Below are positions 30,479-32,000 of a stretch of DNA of 32,000 bases, piece by piece (positions within the stretch are counted from its first letter, which is position 1; each line of letters starts with the position of its first letter). The position numbers and the translations under genes are program-made. The notes below the pieces were generated by a model that searched no databases, was not told the DNA's origin, and worked only from the letters and a program-made list of their open reading frames with translations. The stretch lies in the NCBI RefSeq assembly GCF_043950625.1, contig NZ_CP171007.1, one strand, 5' to 3'. The DNA is from Alkanindiges sp. WGS2144 (lineage in GTDB: Bacteria; Pseudomonadota; Gammaproteobacteria; Pseudomonadales; Moraxellaceae).

Positions 30479-31825
30479 TTAAGCAGGGCGTTGATAGACC
30501 CGCTGGCCATTGACATAGGTATGGTAAATATTACGGTCATCACCCAGCGTCATTAGCACAAATAATTGTTCATCCAGATTCTGCGCATTGTGATAGCGCA
30601 ATTGCTGTAGCGGTGTGGCACATGGATCAAGCACCACAAAATCTGCCTCCTTGTCCACATTAAAATTACCAATTTTATCATCCAGCATCAGGGCTTTGGC
30701 GCTACCTAATGTGGCCAGATAAAACGCTTCAAACGCAGACAGGCTATAGTCCTGTAACTGCATCACCTTGTAGGCTTCATTGAGCGTTTGCAGTATGCTA
30801 AACGAGGTGCCTGCGCCAATATCGGTGCCCATGCCGACCTTCACCTTGTGCTTCCAGGCATCGGCCAGCTTGAACAATCCACTGCCTAAAAACAGGTTGG
30901 AGGTGGGGCAAAATGCCACTGCTGAGTGAGTGTCGTGCAGGCATTGCCACTCCGATTCTTCCAGATGAATACTGTGCGCAAACATACTGCGCTCACCGGT
31001 TAAGCCATAATGATGGTACACATCCAGATAGCCGTCTTGCTCGGGAAATAATTCCTTGACCCATGCAATTTCCGCCTTGTTTTCGCTTAAATGGGTATGC
31101 AGGTAAGTATCGGGGTATTCTTCACGTAAGCGTTGCGCCGCCGCCAATTGTTCCGGGCTGGATGTTGGTGCAAAGCGCGGCGTAATGGCATACAGCAAGC
31201 GGTCTTTACCATGCCATTTTTCAATTAAAGCTTTGCTGTCCTGATAACTAGATTCAGCGGTATCGCACAAATAATCCGGTGCATTGCGATCCATCATCAC
31301 TTTGCCGGCAATCAGGCGCATGTTGATTTTACTGGCTTGTTCAAACAGGGCATCGACCGATTGCGGATGCACCGTGCCAAACACCAGGGCGGTGGTGGTG
31401 CCATTTCTCAGCAGTTGATCAATAAAAAAAGCCGACATCTGCTGGGCATGATTTATATCTGCAAAGCGCTGTTCAGTCGGAAAGGTATGCTTGTTGAGCC
31501 AGCTTAACAGTTGTTCGCCGTAAGCCCCCACCATTTCCGTTTGCGGATAGTGAATATGGGTATCAATAAAACCCGGCACGATCCATTGTTTGTCATAATG
31601 GGTTAGCGCGGTGCTGTCATCCAGCAGATGCTGTCCATCCTGCCACCTACCAAACCATTCAATCTTGCCTTGATGGATAATTAACAGGCCATCTTCAATA
31701 TGGCGCAGCTGGGCAGCAATATCGGCAGGCTGCGCCACAGTTTGGGCAATATCAGTAAACCGGCCGCGAATAGCGTGTTTTGCTGGCGCTGGCTGGTCAG
31801 AAGCTGGTTTGGCCGCATGAGGCAT
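30479..31825 (-). CDS. guaD: Guanine deaminase
   Basis: 448-aa amidohydrolase with the PGFIDTHIHYPQ metal-binding HxH motif, HLSE, and a conserved C-terminal D (GTDIGAG). It is recognisably GuaD-like. Confidence 0.9.
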   Translation of the reverse strand: MPHAAKPASDQPAPAKHAIRGRFTDIAQTVAQPADIAAQLRHIEDGLLIIHQGKIEWFGRWQDGQHLLDDSTALTHYDKQWIVPGFIDTHIHYPQTEMVGAYGEQLLSWLNKHTFPTEQRFADINHAQQMSAFFIDQLLRNGTTTALVFGTVHPQSVDALFEQASKINMRLIAGKVMMDRNAPDYLCDTAESSYQDSKALIEKWHGKDRLLYAITPRFAPTSSPEQLAAAQRLREEYPDTYLHTHLSENKAEIAWVKELFPEQDGYLDVYHHYGLTGERSMFAHSIHLEESEWQCLHDTHSAVAFCPTSNLFLGSGLFKLADAWKHKVKVGMGTDIGAGTSFSILQTLNEAYKVMQLQDYSLSAFEAFYLATLGSAKALMLDDKIGNFNVDKEADFVVLDPCATPLQQLRYHNAQNLDEQLFVLMTLGDDRNIYHTYVNGQRVYQRPA

Positions 31826-31902
31826 GATGGATTCCTAGAACATTTCAGCAGGCTAAAGTATGCGTGGTTTTAGGGAGAAATCTCAATGTGAATATAAATT
31901 TC

Positions 31903-31944
31903 TAAAGCAAAACATACCGTTTGAATCATTGCCCAAACGGTATG
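31903..31944 (-). terminator. Rho-independent terminator of an upstream minus-strand gene lying mostly outside the window
   Basis: CATACCGTTTG (31913-31923) pairs with CAAACGGTATG (31934-31944), giving a perfect 11-bp stem, followed on the minus strand by TTTTGCTTT. A possible stop codon for that gene is at 31985-31987, but too little of the gene is visible to call it. Confidence 0.6.
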
Positions 31945-32000
31945 CGTTGTGGATTGAAAAGTATTTTAATTGTGAAGTGGCAATTTAAGCCTGGGTTTGT

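Overview
This window is conserved core chromosome centred on the replication origin. The 16S sequence and the gene order look like a Moraxellaceae / Acinetobacter-like gammaproteobacterium; this is from memory and unverified.

Gene content, left to right:
- The 5' ~754 nt of a 16S rRNA gene (minus strand, cut by the window start), with two tandem rrn promoters upstream.
- tyrS, anmK, a small membrane ORF, an ExxH-motif protein of the 'predicted metal-dependent hydrolase' type, and erpA.
- Two tandem paralogous secreted proteins of unknown function.
- An ABC-F ATPase (YheS-like) and a CinA/PncC-like protein.
- A minus-strand cluster of acyl-CoA dehydrogenase, APH-fold kinase, histidine phosphatase and SDR, with a divergent LysR regulator.
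- gyrB-recF-dnaN-dnaA on the minus strand.
- oriC, seen as a DnaA-box cluster plus AT-rich repeats.
- rpmH-rnpA-yidD-yidC-mnmE on the plus strand.
- A DUF4142-like lipoprotein and a GlsB/YeaQ-type small membrane protein.
- A purine salvage cluster, guaD - NCS2 permease - hpt (minus strand).

I found no transposase, integrase, phage gene, CRISPR array, toxin-antitoxin pair or recognisable defence gene, and I cannot honestly point to a clear novel system here.

The observations most worth a second look are:
1. An 18-bp palindrome (ATGTTCCACGTGGAACAT) present in three near-perfect copies: one intergenic hairpin and one copy each inside gyrB and recF.
2. The ACAD/kinase/phosphatase/SDR operon, which resembles a split ACAD10/11- or Lva-type 4-hydroxyacyl-CoA pathway.
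3. The tandem orphan secreted paralogs, which share a 77-bp perfectly identical tract.
4. Di-iron-carboxylate-like motifs in the so-called hydrolase.
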